DNA of 63,661 nucleotides, counting the filler, from Octopus bimaculoides (lineage: Eukaryota): assembly GCF_001194135.2 (NCBI RefSeq). It is 8 parts of 6 records of this genome, joined end to end, with 100 filler letters (N's around TTAATTAATTAA, not from the genome) between each part and the next. Parts side by side here need not be neighbours in the genome. Positions count along the whole stretch, not along the records: positions 1 to 11,523 come from NC_068981.1; positions 11,624 to 25,414 come from NC_068981.1; 6 more parts are not named here. The stretch is one strand, 5' to 3'. Under the pieces are notes generated by a model that saw only the letters and a program-made list of their open reading frames with translations, had not been told where the DNA came from and did no database searches. The stretch's first letter is position 1, and every line of letters starts with the position of its first letter. The translations under genes and the position numbers were made by a program. Shown here piece after piece: positions 1-14,012 of the stretch.

Positions 1-254
1 TATATATATATATATATCTTATGATGAGGAGACCTTGTTGTATATATCTTATAGTGTAGATAATGTTTTATACTTTTGGTATTTAGTTCCATGTTTCTGA
101 AAACCTATAAGCAAAAGCAAACCATCCGATCATTTTATAGGTATCTAGGACTACATTGTCCAGTGCGTCCTCCTTTGCTTTTTGATGGAAATTTGACACC
201 TATTTCTTGCAGGTCGGCCGACGCTGTAGGGAGTTTCCTAGTCGGCTTGTACAT

Positions 255-835
255 GCTAGTATATATGACTGTTATATCCTTGCTGTGATATATAGTAATG
301 TTGTATCCTTCTTATGATGTAGAGTAGTGTTATATCTTTGTTATGGTACATGAATGTGTTGTACTCTTACTATGGTGTATGATAGTGTTAAATCCTTGCT
401 ACATTATATGGTTATGTTGTGTAGTTACTATATTATATGACTGTTGTATACTTGCTGTGTTATATGATACAGAAACTTCCTTGAATAATTGTGTTATATC
501 CTTACTATAATATATGGCTGTATTTTATTCACTCAGTGATGTATGATAGAGTTTTCTACAAGCAATAGTTTATGGTATATAACCCCGTTGTATCAAAGCT
601 CGTATGGCATAAGGTACAGTGATATCTTTAGTGTATTGTATGGTGGTATTGTGACCTTAATATGGTGTATTACTGTGTTGTATTCTGGTCATGATGAACA
701 GTTTTGTCATATCCTTGTTATATTGTATGGCAAATACTGTATTCTTACTGTGTTATATGGCCATTATTGTATCCTGAATATGGTGTATGGTAGTATTGTA
801 TTCGTTCAATAACGTATGACAATTGTTGTTTCCTG
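255..835. repeat. Degenerate ~30-bp tandem repeat (minisatellite)
   Basis: Motif like tatatgactgttatatccttgct recurs; tatcctt-like cores at ~275, 305, 334, 364, 393 give a period of ~29-30 bp. Confidence 0.6.
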
Positions 836-956
836 GATATAAGTACCATTATTGGCATTTCTTTTTCGTTTCCTTTTTTGTTACTAACCATTTATTCTGT
901 GTGATACAAATATATTTAATCGACACAGAGGTGTGTGTATATGTGTATTTATATTC

Positions 957-987
<31 letters not shown>

Positions 988-1080
988 TTAATATTGATAT
1001 AGAGTTATAAAGATATATAGATTAAAAATATGAGACGAGGGGCTATATGACACATATCGCCTTCTATCGATTCATTGCCT

Positions 1081-1082
<2 letters not shown>

Positions 1083-1142
<60 letters not shown>
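1083..1142. repeat. (GT)n microsatellite, representative of many (GT/CA, TA, GA, TATC, TACA, TAT, CAT)n tracts in the window
   Basis: Directly visible. Confidence 0.95.
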
Positions 1143-1143
<1 letters not shown>

Positions 1144-2294
1144 CGCGCGTGGTGTACGATCTGAAGCTAGTTAGATATTAAAAGCAACTGTAGGCCTGTG
1201 TGAAAATACGTTTGAGAAACCAGTCTATGAGAATGTGTCATTAATGAGAATGTGTCATTAATGAGAATCTGTACAGATTATAGATTTTTGTAGCTATACA
1301 CGCGCTCGCGCGCCCCTACGCGCGCATTCACCAACATATACATACATGATCAGATAGATACATGAATGCATATATATATATACATGCATACGGACATACA
1401 TATAAATGCACATTTACAAAACACGCATGCATACGTAAATACATATATGCATGCATATCTCTATATATACATACATAAATACATATACACATGCATACAT
1501 ACACACACGTACACATACATACGCACGCACGTACCTACGTACATACATACATACATACATACATACATACATACATACATACATACATGTATACATACAT
1601 ATGTGATATCGTTCCTAACAGATATTTACTTAATGTGTAATAAAACCAACTGTCTACTCCCAGCAATTATTAAATAATTAACTTTTCAATTAAACAATTT
1701 TTTTTTCTTCCTTGTCCTCTCTAATTATTCCCCCACTACTCCGCCATTTCTCTTGCCCATCTCCATTCCCGCCTGTCGCAATATATCTTGACATTTATCT
1801 GAAGAAATAAACACATATTCTATGACTGGAACGACCCGAATTAATTCACCATCACATCTTCAGTGAAAACAATTCCTGTAGATAAAATTAGAAGAAATAT
1901 TTCAGAATTGAAAAAAGAAAAACCAAAAAATAGAGGGAAAAAAAACCCCTCTACAACATCGTGTCTTCCCGCCTAAATTAGCTCGTTTCTTGGCTTAAAA
2001 CAGCTATTTTAACTAAAAAAAAAAAAAATGAAAAAAGAAAAAACACGGTTGCGGCATGAATGTCTCAACACACTGCACACCTTATATATTACCTAAAACC
2101 TTGAGAAAATTGAAATAAAATACAATAAAATATAATAAAATACGCTATAGAAAGACAAAAAATCAATAAGTTTTATTATTCTTCTATTATAATTGAATTT
2201 ACATCTAGTTCGCTTTATTGGCGCTAGCAGGACACATGAAAATTTAACGTTTCATAAATGTTCCAATTTTCATTTTTATCTTATATAATTTTCT

Positions 2295-2540
2295 TGTTTC
2301 AGTCATCGGACTGCAGTCGTGCTGGGGTTCTGGGATTCCCTCTTTGAAGGGTTTAGTCGAACAAATCGATCCCTGTACTTATTTTTTAAAGTCTGGTACT
2401 TGATCTTCGAATTTATTTTCCCACCTACGAGACATCGTTTTCTGGGGGTTTTTTTAATTTTTTCCGGGGTAATTATTCTAGCGGGTGATTTTCTCGGGGA
2501 CGTAAACAAACCAACACCGGTTGTCAAGCGGTGGTGGTGA
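2295..2540 (-). mobile_element. SINE family B, 3' half
   Basis: Reverse-complement match to the 3' half of the copy at 29972-30405. Confidence 0.7.
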
Positions 2541-3065
2541 AAAAAACGAGAACGCACACATCACACACATACGTATATATAAGGATAATATAACACGAGG
2601 ATGGAAGGTAACAGGCTTTAATTGTAGATTACATTTGTTTCTGCTCCGCGAAGATGTTGTTACCCACTATCAAAGCCTGTTATCCTCCATCCTCGAGTTG
2701 TATTGTCCTAGCATTAATCTATATAAAGAGGAGTTCTGCATGTGTATCTAGCCTTAGAATATACCCAACTGTAGGATATGTGGTAGCCAAAGAACGAGGC
2801 AAGAGCTTTATATACTACACGTTACGATGTTTTCACCCGAATTATACTGTTTATGTATGCATGTGTGTATGGATGTATGTATGTATATATAAAGCCTGTC
2901 GTATATATATATATATCTATATATANNNNNNNNNNNNNNNNNNNNNNNNNNNNNNNNNNNNNNNTATATATATATAGGGAGAGTTCACGAAAAAACAACA
3001 GACGAAGACTGGTGGTGTAAACAACAAATGGATGTATTAGTATAACGCTCGGGAATAGAGAATGT

Positions 3066-3101
3066 CTTTAACGTTTCGAGCCTACGCTCTTCAACAGAAA
3101 G
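3066..3101 (-). ncRNA. Minimal hammerhead-like motif (variant core)
   Basis: Minus strand CTTT-CTGTTGA-A-GAGC(GTAG)GCTC-GAAA-CGTT-AAAG; same architecture as 43838-43883 but A6 is U. Confidence 0.4.
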
Positions 3102-3197
3102 GAACACAGAAAGAAACAAGGAAAGAAAAAAAATGTGTAGTGGTCAGCGATCTATCATGGCGAATGCCGGACAGATATATATATATATATATATTTA

Positions 3198-3354
3198 CGA
3201 CAGGCTTTCATATAGTCTTCGTCAACCAAATCCATTCACAAAGCATTGTCAGCCCATAGCCATAGCAGAAGACACTTACCCAAGATGTCACACAGTGGGA
3301 CTGAACCTGAAGCCACATGGTTGCAAAGCAAGCTTCTTAGCCACATATCCATGA
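3198..3354 (-). mobile_element. SINE family B, 5' part
   Basis: Reverse complement of the tRNA-like head and ccttgggcaagtgtctt core seen at 29972. Confidence 0.75.
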
Positions 3355-3671
3355 GTGAATAAATCTATTTAACTTCGTAGCATTGCTTCATTATTGTGTT
3401 AAAGAGTTTGTCTTCGATTTCATTCCAAAGTGAAGGCTGTTTTTTAAAGCTTAATAGTTGAAGTAGTTTCATTATCTTAAAGAATATGGATTATATCTTC
3501 GGTATCCTTCTATACATAGATACTTTTGTTTTTTATTGAACCTCTTCGCTAAAAATTTTGCCTACAAACAGTATTTTCGATACGACTCTAAAATACTTAT
3601 ATAATTGCTTTATATACTTTATATATACTTTATATAATTGCTATGTAAATACATCACAGTATCGACTGGAC

Positions 3672-3898
3672 CAGGCCTGGCCAACTGGAATTACATTGCA
3701 GGCCACTTTAATCACAAAGTTTTTTGAAGGCCGCTTGTATACTGACAGAATTGAAAGCATTTTGCTTTCTCAGGCTATTATTACAATCATTAACTTTTGA
3801 TAAAATTTTTAAAATGTTCGTTTAAATAAACCCATTTCGAGAAAGTATCAAGCAGGCCGCAAAATAAAAGTTTGCGGGTTTCAGGTTAACCAGCCCAG
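3672..3898. mobile_element. hAT-type MITE
   Basis: Imperfect TIRs caggcctggccaac / gttaaccagcccag; 8-bp TSD gactggac (3664-3671) / gactagac (3899-3906). Confidence 0.75.
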
Positions 3899-3914
3899 GA
3901 CTAGACCATCAGAT

Positions 3915-4344
3915 ACTGTTATACACCGCTGTTCACAATGTGCTTCCGGTTCTGTCTTGGTTGCGCAATTCGTTTCCATCTTGACCTAAATTGCTTGACT
4001 AAATCGTCTTTCCATCGTCGTGGAGGCCTTCCAATTGGCCTTTTCCGATCTCTTGGATACTACTCGGCAACTGTGCAGTTCAACCTGTTGTTTGTGAACC
4101 ATACGATATGTCCGACTTAGCGAAGCTTGTGCTTTCGGTACTCTGCGATGAGATAGTTCACCGCGTCTAGTTCTCGAATTATCTCATTTCGAATATGCTC
4201 TTGTTATGATATTCCTGGCATGGATCTTTCCATGGCCATTTGCATTGTAGCTAATGTTGTATCCTCTTCTTAGTAGCCTACGTCTCACTTGCGTATAAGA
4301 GCACAAGTAGGACAGTGCTGTTGAAGAGTCTGGCACACAGTATT

Positions 4345-4382
<38 letters not shown>

Positions 4383-4470
4383 TGCAGATATGCCACGCAT
4401 TACGGGAGCAAACGTTGTATTCTTTAAAATCTTGTGGTAACTTGTAATTCTGCAACGCGAAACCTTGACT
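3915..4470 (-). mobile_element. RTE-clade LINE, decayed ORF C-terminus
   Basis: Minus-strand translation LFNSTVLLVLLYASET ... YPRDRKRPIGRPPRRWKDDL, with stops, frameshifts and a microsatellite insertion. Confidence 0.8.
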
Positions 4471-4588
4471 TTCAAGCTACATGGAAGTTAGTGATGTTCA
4501 TTAAGATGAGATACGTTTCAGGTTACGAAATTCCACATCCCATCAATTCATTGGACACAAAGTTTCCGTAATGCAATGAATGTTTACC

Positions 4589-4651
<63 letters not shown>

Positions 4652-5201
4652 GTTATATTTTACGTCCGATTTATATATTTTATAAATATCTATTTTTATA
4701 GATTATGTGTTCATACATGTATGTCATCATCGTTTTCACGTCCACTTTCCCATGCATCTATATGTATCTGTAATATTATTCAGATTGTCACACGTTTTCC
4801 AGTATTCCAATCTTTATCTATACAATGAAATGGAAATATAATCGAAATCTTTGAAATAATGAAACACATTCGAGCATTACATTTTCCGCAATCTTTGACA
4901 TTCGAATGAAATCGAAATTGTAATCAAAATCGTTAAAACGTAATGAAACTATGTTACGAAATTCGACGAATTTATACATCAAAATAGAAATACTTTATAA
5001 GGACATTTATTAAACATTGTATATTGACAGGTTCTGCTCGTATAGCGTTTCTGATGGAGTTAGGATGGCTGTAAGGAATGAAGATTAGGTGAACAAATGG
5101 CTATGTTTAATAAAATTAAAACGGCTGGAAACTTTTGAACTTGTTTGTCAACACATTGACGAAAACGGTTATATAGAGGTTGTATTATATATTTTACTTA
5201 A

Positions 5202-5405
5202 GGCGGCGAGGTGGTAGAGTTGCTAACACACTGGACGAAATGCTTACCGGTATTTCGCCAGTCGCTACGTTCTGAGTTGAAATTGTACCGACCTTTCATC
5301 CCCTCGGGTCGATAAATTGAGCACCAGTTGAGTACTGGGGTCTATGTAATCAACTATCCCCTTCTACCAAAATTTCAGGCCTTGTGCCTATTATAGAAAG
5401 GATTA
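5202..5405 (+). mobile_element. SINE family A (tRNA-derived), CpG retained
   Basis: ggcggcgag head, ttctgagttgaaatt B-box region, body ending gaaaggatta; multiple copies in window. Confidence 0.85.
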
Positions 5406-6347
5406 TATATTTCAATTGTGTGTCATTAGAATGCGGCCACGCTGGGGTACCGCTTTGAAGAATTTTATTCAAATGAACAAACCCCAGTATTTACTTTTTT
5501 AAAGCTTGGTACTTTATTCTATCGGGCTCTAGTACCGAACCGCTAAGTTACGGGGACATAAACACACCAGCAACAGTGGGGAACAAACACACACATATAC
5601 ACACATATCTACCCAACTTCATTTTGTTAGCATATTTCTGACCAAATACACTTATCTTATTTCAGATAATTTTGAAAATAGTGAAGTTGTTTGTAAAATA
5701 ACTTTGTCATAATTAAGCTGGTGTTTCGAACATAAAACTAACATGAAATTTTCGTGGGAGAATTAGGTCACTTTTAAACCGGAAGTTTGATTCACAGGTT
5801 CAGGGCGGTTTCGGGTTGATCACACCGTGACTGAGAAAGCGCTAATAAAGGTGGAGTGGTCATAATTGGGATGCCTTTCATCATGGGATTTGGATTAAGT
5901 CACTTTTGAAATGCTTCTTTGATATTTTGTTAAAAGGTTTCTGTTGGATAATTACATAGAAAACGTGCGTGTCGGTGCTGTCATCATCATTATCATTATC
6001 ATCATCATCACCATCATCAAAATCTCTACCGCCCCCACCTTCACCCCACAATAACAACCCCTACTGTCATGGTGATCATCATCATCATCATCATCATCAT
6101 CGACTAAGTCATCATTCATCGCAACAACCAAACAGCACTAATGAGCCAACGAAGGAGCCATGCTTTTCCCTCAAATCAACCCGGACATCTTTTTTAAAAA
6201 AAAAAAGGTATCATAAATCAGATGAGTCAGTCGTGGCTGGAATGCCTTTCCTCAAAGAGAGATGACCTGGAGTCAGACAACAACAACCGCAGAACTAATA
6301 CTATATATACACACATACATATATGTGTGTATACTGTATATATATAA

Positions 6348-6389
<42 letters not shown>

Positions 6390-6490
6390 NNNNNNNNNNN
6401 NNNNNNNNNNNNNNNNNNNNNNNNNNNNNNNNNNNNNNNNNNNNNNNNNNNNNNNNNNNNNNNNNNNNNNNNNNNNNNNNNNNNNNNNNN

Positions 6491-6547
<57 letters not shown>

Positions 6548-6834
6548 ATGTATATATATATACGCACATACATGGGTATATATGCATGTAAATCTAAGTA
6601 GGTGCCCAGTCATTCTATCAGCCACACCCTCTTTCTGACCCTTAAAGGCTAGCATAAATGCCACATATGACAGTATGTCAGTTCCTGCTTTACACTTCAT
6701 ACACACGAACTCTCTCTCTCTCTCTCTCTTCCTAAACGCGTGTGTGTGTGTGTGTTTATTCACACATATATATGCATACATACATACATACTGGTCGAGC
6801 TCATATATTCTCTATACTTATACATACCCAAAAC

Positions 6835-7130
6835 ATACGTCGGTTACGACGACGAGTGTTCCAGTTGATCCGATCAACGGAACAGCCTGCACGTGAAATT
6901 AACGTGCAAGTAGCTGAGCACTACATAGACGCGTGTAGCCTTAACGTAATTCTCAGGGAGATGCAGTGTGACAAGGCTGGTCCTTTGAATTACAGGTAAA
7001 ACTCATTTTTGACAGCTGGATGGACTGGAGCAACGTAAAATAAAGTGTCTTGCTCAAGGACATAACGCACCGCAAGAAATCGAACTCACGACCTTTTAAT
7101 CGTGAGTCGAATACCCCTAGCCACAAACTC
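6835..7130 (-). mobile_element. SINE family C (variant head), near full length
   Basis: Reverse complement shares the gcacgttaatttcacg...ggctgttccgttgatcggatcaac domain with 42095-42477. Confidence 0.8.
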
Positions 7131-7289
7131 GGTTCTATACACACACACACACACACACACACATTGTACGGTTCTATTATTCTTTCTTGAAGTCAGTGTT
7201 GGCAGAAATTAAATCAGCTTGCAAAAACACGTTCACTTTACTAAATTTATACTTGGACTAAGTCCGAACAGCCCGAGCGCCGGAGTCGC

Positions 7290-7437
7290 CGCGCTTCTTT
7301 CAGTTTCCGTCAACAAAATTCACTCACAAGACATTGGTCGGTCCGAGGCTATAGCAGAAGACACTTGCCCAAGGTGCCACCCAGTGGGACTGAACCCGGT
7401 ACCATGTGATTGGGAAGGAAGTTTCTTACCACCACAA
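7290..7437 (-). mobile_element. SINE family B, 5' part
   Basis: gaagacacttgcccaaggtgccac...gtgggactgaacc match. Confidence 0.8.
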
Positions 7438-8253
7438 TATTTTTTTTTATGGGATGACACCGCTAAAGAGTCCTCGATCAATTCATCTACTTTATCAGGT
7501 CTTAGCTAGGACGAAAGAACATCAACATTAACCTACAGTCTACGCGTGGCTTTAGATTGTATTGTAAAGTATATAAACATGTGGAACAACTATACTGACA
7601 TGTGGTATCACTATGGCAACATGTGGTAAATATAACAACAGACACAGTAGCTACTTGTTTCCTATTTCTATATTTATTGTTACTTTTCTGTCTTTATTTT
7701 TTAGTGATAAAATATGTGCATACGTGTATGTATAGACAGGTACACATACGCGCTCACGCACACGCATACACACACATACATATAATTTCTCATCGACAGA
7801 AAATAAGATATTCATATGCTACCAGTGTTGAGTTCTGTTTTACCTTCTTTGTTTCATCAAGTACACACACGCACGAGACCACACACACACACTCATATAT
7901 ATATATAATATCGGTAGAAAATAAATAATTTATATCGCCATGCTTTGAGTTCTGTTTAATCGTAATTTTTCAACCTCACACGCATACGTAGATACATACA
8001 TGCGTACACACACACATACATAGACATAAATACACTGGTGTTGACTAACTTGAATCAAAGTGCTGGAAAACTTCAGCACAGAAGTTAGCATAAATTACAA
8101 TAAATATTTTATAGTTTTTAGCTACTTTTAAATTAGCTGTATATTAGTTGATTTGTGTATGATACATTTTTTCCTCCAAATGTTTAAACTTTAAATTTGA
8201 ATATATGCGTCATACGCGAGAACTAGCTCAGTGCAAAAGTAATTGTAGTTTTG

Positions 8254-8293
<40 letters not shown>

Positions 8294-9018
8294 TTAGTAA
8301 AGTTAGCGGTTGGAATAACCCGTCTAAGGGATAAGAATATCCGTTTTACTACCGGTATAAATTATCTATGTTAACCTTGGGCATACATATGCAAGCATAT
8401 GCTCATAGGAAGCAGGCAATAACAAAAATAAACAAGAGTTAATCAGGAATCAAATTTAAATTAAGCAGAAAATGGAGAAATTCTTGATCAACGACAAATT
8501 GACCACCGATTGTGTTCAAGTTGTTGATCAAAAATTTCTCCATTTTCTGCTTAATTTAAATTTATATATATATAAATGCATACATNNNNNNNNNNNNNNN
8601 NNNNNNNNNNNNNNNNNNNNNNNNNNNNNNNNNNNNNNNNNNNNNNNNNNNNNNNNNNNNNNNNNNNNNNNNNNNNNNNNNNNNNNNNNNNNNNNNNNNN
8701 NNNNNNNNNNNNNNNNNNNNNNNNNNNNNNNNNNNNNNNNNNNNNNNNNNNNNNNNNNNNNNNNNNNNNNNNNNNNNNNNNNNNNNNNNNNNNNNNNNNN
8801 NNNNNNNNNNNNNNNNNNNNNNNNNNNNNNNNNNNNNNNNNNNNNNNNNNNNNNNNNNNNNNNNNNNNNNNNNNNNNNNNNNNNNNNNNNNNNNNNNNNN
8901 NNNNNNNNNNNNNNNNNNNNNNNNNNNNNNNNNNNNNNNNNNNNNNNNNNNNNNNNNNNNNNNNNNNNNNNNNNNNNNNNNNNNNNNNNNNNNNNNNNNN
9001 NNNNNNNNNNNNNNNNNN

Positions 9019-9067
<49 letters not shown>

Positions 9068-9102
9068 TATACGTACACACACACACGCACATACACAAAC
9101 AG

Positions 9103-9157
<55 letters not shown>

Positions 9158-9412
9158 CATGTACGTATGGCCACATCATGTGGGCTAAAACATAAAAGAA
9201 TACACATAAACACTAATCCCTCGGCTATCGCGATTGTTACGTTCCAAAACACCCCGCGATAGGTGAAATCCGCGAAGTAGAAACAGTATTGCCCTGTTTA
9301 TTTTTTAATATTATTTTTATAATTTGTATATATTTATTTTATTATAAATGCAAAACAGCACCACAGATGAATCGACGTAAGCCTGAATAATAAACTGGGA
9401 TATGGCGAGGGA

Positions 9413-9609
9413 TTATTGTATATAGGTTTAAAATTTTGGCCCAAGGCCAGGAAGTTCGGGAGGGCGAAAAGGGTAAGGCGATTACATCGACCCCGAAAGG
9501 ATAAAAGGGAAAGTCGACCTCAGTAGTATTTGAACTCAGAATGCAAGGGTGAGCGAAATGCCGCTGTGCATTTTGTCCGGCGTGCTAACGATTCTGCCAG
9601 CTCGCCGCC
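9413..9609 (-). mobile_element. SINE family A, CpG retained
   Basis: Reverse complement ggcggcgagctggcagaatcgttagcacgccgg... Confidence 0.8.
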
Positions 9610-10537
9610 GATTCTTTGTACTTCCTCGTTGTCAATGGCATTTCTGATTTCCCGTCCATGACTTCCCAGATGATTATTCAATCACACTGCAGATCTGATT
9701 GGCGTGAAGCATTGGTGATAGACAAAAGCTGCAACTTACTGTGTACTACCTACTGGTTCGGTTTCTTCACATCGCAACTATTCCAACGCCGTTGGACTTT
9801 CGGCAGATGGAATGACAAATGAGGTCGCCATAACTGGATTATAGTGATAGACGTTTGTACAACACAAGTACCACTCTCTGAGACTCCGTGATTAGTAACT
9901 AGGGACAGACTAAAAGCGAGACGACCATTAATCACGTGAAACCGTTATCCTTTTTAGCGTTAGAAAAATGGCACACTTGCCTGATAAAATAGCAAATATA
10001 TATTTAGCATATGAGATTATGCATAGACTGTCTTTAAATGGAGAAATCTGGATAATTTATTACATACAGGGTGTGAAAAAAATACAACTATATTGCTCAA
10101 GAAAGCAAAAGAACCTAAGATTTTAACCATCTTCTTGACACATTCTTCAAAAAATTTCCGTACTGGGTTTCACAAATGCAACAAACTCGTAACTGTTCCT
10201 TTCGTTTTGTACTTTTTTAAAGAAAGTATAACAGCTTAATAAAAAGTCTTCCAGATCGAAACCACATACACTCCTAAATTTGGTTTGCAACAAATGCAAC
10301 GGTAATTTAGGTGGAGTTTTGGAATAGCTGCTACTATATTTCGGAGAAGGAAAAGGACACAGAATTGTTTTGTAGGAAGATATATATATATATATATATA
10401 TTGAAAAAACATTTTGTGCCCTTTTCTTTCGACATGATGTAGTGGGTAGCTATTCCAAAACTTCTCCATATTATGTATGAAATGACAACGTAACGTGATT
10501 GATTATGCATAAAGAGAACTTGTTTAAACCAAGCCTA

Positions 10538-10597
<60 letters not shown>

Positions 10598-10830
10598 ACA
10601 CATACTTCAGAATGAGCCGAAGCACAGGGTTCTGTTCAAAGGCTGTAGAACACAAGAGGCGTCGCTTCACAAAGGGAGCAACGAACCCAGATAAAATATT
10701 GTTAAATGTGGTAGAATTTCTAAAATGAAGGCATTTTCTGTGAAATGTGTGAAGGCACAAAGAATTAGCGAATACTGGAGATTTTTGCATAATGCGGGAA
10801 ACTGGATAAGCCTATATGTATCTGTGTGTG

Positions 10831-10886
<56 letters not shown>

Positions 10887-11344
10887 GCGCGCACATACAC
10901 ACGTATGTATATATGCATGTCTGTGTGTGGTGTGTGTACAACACACACACAGGCACATATAAATGTATGTTCCTTCTTGGTTTTATTTTTCCCAATTTCT
11001 GACTAATGGCGACAGCTACGGTTTCTAGCCTAAGAAATAAGACTCATTCATTGAAATTTATGCAACATCAGAGTAATCTTGTGTGTGTATCTGTGTGTGT
11101 GTATGTCTGCGTATGTGAATATATATGCATATACATATGTGCACATGTACACATGGGCGCAAGCATGGATATTGTTGCATAAGAGATTGAAAAGATCCTA
11201 AGTGGATGTATGTATATCTATACACGCACACTCACACACATAAATGTTTATATTTATAAACAGACGTTGCTACATGTGTTTAGTGTGTATGTGCATGCAT
11301 ATAAATGGAACGCTAAGACACTTGAAAATAAAACAAAGTATGCA

Positions 11345-11510
11345 TAGGCGCAGGAGTGGTTGTGTGGTAAGTAGCTTGCTTACCAACCACATCGTTCTGG
11401 GTTCAGTCTCACTGTGTGACAACTTGGGCAAGTGTCTTCTACTATAGCCTCGGGCCGACTAAAGCCTTGTGAGTAAAATTTGATAAACTGAAAGAAGCCC
11501 GTCGTCTATA
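11345..11510 (+). mobile_element. SINE family B, 5' part
   Basis: gcgcaggagtggttgtgtggtaagtagcttgc head. Confidence 0.8.
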
Positions 11511-12227
11511 TATATATATATATNNNNNNNNNNNNNNNNNNNNNNNNNNNNNNNNNNNNNNNNNNNNTTAATTAATTAANNNNNNNNNNNNNNNNNNNNN
11601 NNNNNNNNNNNNNNNNNNNNNNNAACCTATAAGAGTGTTGCCACTCTGACCAGAGAAACCTTTATAACCATACCCTTTATAGCCATGTCCATGCATAATG
11701 CTTACACCTTCCCTTTCCTTAGAAGTGATTGTTCCTTATACTATAACTACTAGATAAGAGACAATAAAATCAGAGACAGTTAGAATTTCTGCCTAGAACC
11801 AATTACTAGCCTGATAGACTTGGCTATGTCAAGATGGATTTTTATGTATTCTTCTTCCCACTTGGATTTGAAATGTTGCCACAATTATAATATGTCTATT
11901 CTACTGTAATTTTCTGCATTTTCGTGCAGCTGAAGATTGCTCTACATATTGCATTTAATGTAATGCTCGCATTACTTAAATAAATGGAGTAGCATGAAAC
12001 GTGCATACTGCAATCATTTTTGAAATCCGTGTTGCTTATTTTGATTTTATTGTTGTACTTGGGGATGGTCATATTGCCAGTTTAGCCAATAAAAACACAC
12101 GCACTGTATATTTGGTGTTAATTTGCTTCAGCTTTATATTACATTAATCTTAATCTTATTTCGGCCAGAGTTATTTTGGTGCAAATGGTTTTTTTATACA
12201 GCGCCTGTAAATAATAATAATAATAAT

Positions 12228-12399
12228 AATGGTATTTTTTTATAAAAGCTTAAAGTTTATGGCGATCACTGTGCAATGACTAAGGAAAATAGTCTAATAA
12301 AGAGGCATATAAGGCTTATCTGCCCCTTTATTAGACTATTTTCCTTAGTCATTACACAGTGATCGTTATAAGCTTTAAGCTTATATCAAAAATACCATT
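12228..12399. repeat. Near-perfect ~172-bp palindrome (MITE-like)
   Basis: ~85-bp arms (aatggtatttt...ggcatataag / cttatctgcc...aaaataccatt) around a ~1-nt loop at ~12314. Confidence 0.85.
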
Positions 12400-13804
12400 A
12401 ATATATATGTTGAATCTCTGAACGAGGTATAAACAGTAACTGCACGACAACATGAAGTATATTTGCCACTTAAATGCCGCTAGACCCTAAGGGTGAATGT
12501 TACTGTTGCTTTTAGCCCCAGGAGAACATCTCCTCCAGCTGGCTATTGACACACATCGTGCCCTGTCGGTATTTGCAAAGAGAAGTCATCCTTCCCATTT
12601 TGATCACGTGATACGCACGGACTCGAGTTTCTGGGTATTTACCCTTCGTCAACGTATGACAATCACCGATCTTCGATGTGAAGGCGTCCCAATGCAAATA
12701 CGTATATACTTTTTCCAGTGATGAATATTCACTGATCTTGAAAAAGCGAAAACAAGCAATGTTNNNNNNNNNNNNNNNNNNNNNNNNNNNNNNNNNNNNN
12801 NNNNNNNNNNNNNNNNNNNNNNNNNNNNNNNNNNNNNNNNNNNNNNNNNNNNNNNNNNNNNNNNNNNNNNNNNNNNNNNNNNNNNNNAGTTTATAGTTTA
12901 ATAATTCTTTTATTACCAGATTTTTTTGTGAAAAAATCTATCTGCAATTAATATTCCTTGACAGCTTGTTTCCTTCAGAAGAATTTTAAGTTCTCATTCC
13001 TTTTTATATGACTTAAGGCCACATAAAGCTGGTCATGGCTAAATATGGGAGCTGGCAAGTAAATAACTTTTTCGAAGTGATGTTTCCTTTCAGTTGCGCT
13101 CTCCATTACTGAAACTAACTTAAACTCATACAACTTAAAGCCACAAAAAGCATGACTAATAGTTGATGTTGTAAGAACTCCCTATTCAAAATTTATTAAT
13201 ATAAATTTCTTAATATAAATAAATTAGGCACATATATGAACTGTTAAATGTGTATTTATAATATACTTTTCAACTGCAGTTGTTTTATATTCTTGATACA
13301 CTCAGGCAATAATTATTTTCTCTAATGAGTTTGTATATGTTTGTGTAGATGTGTGTGATTGTAATAAGTATTTGTAACACAACAGATAGAATATGGATGG
13401 TAAATCAAATTAATACACTTGTCAATGTTATCTAGTGGTTGTCTTTTGAGATGTGACATCGATCATCATTTGTTACTGAAAGAACGCTGGCTCACACACA
13501 CAAACAATCACATACTTCCCTTGAACATGCACACACATACACATATACTCACACAGAGTTGAAACACTGTTTGATTTTTCTTTATAGCGTTGAATGTTCA
13601 CCATCCCACTTCTATTGCACACACATACACACAAAAATTCACATACCTCCCTTTTACATACACACACATATACTTACACAGAGTTGATTTTTTTTTCACC
13701 CCTTCCTTTCTCATTCATATGGTGTTATGGAGAAAACACAACCTATAGTAGAAGATACATGATGCTCTCTTTGCCACTTCCCCTCTTTCACCTTTTAATG
13801 TGAC

Positions 13805-13990
13805 AGGCAAAATGCTTAGCAGCATTTCGTCTGCCCTTAGATTCTGAGTTCAAATTCTACCAAAGTTAACTTTGCCTTTCATCCTTTCAGGGTCAATGAA
13901 ATAAGTGCCAGTTACACACTGGGGTCGATGTAATCAACTGACCCCCTCTCCCAAAATCTCAGGCCTTGTGCCTATAGTGGAAAGGATTAC
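13805..13990 (+). mobile_element. SINE family A, 5'-truncated, CpG-decayed
   Basis: aaatgcttagcagcatttcg...ttctgagttcaaatt...gaaaggatta. Confidence 0.8.
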
Positions 13991-14012
13991 AATTATTATT
14001 ATTATTATTATT

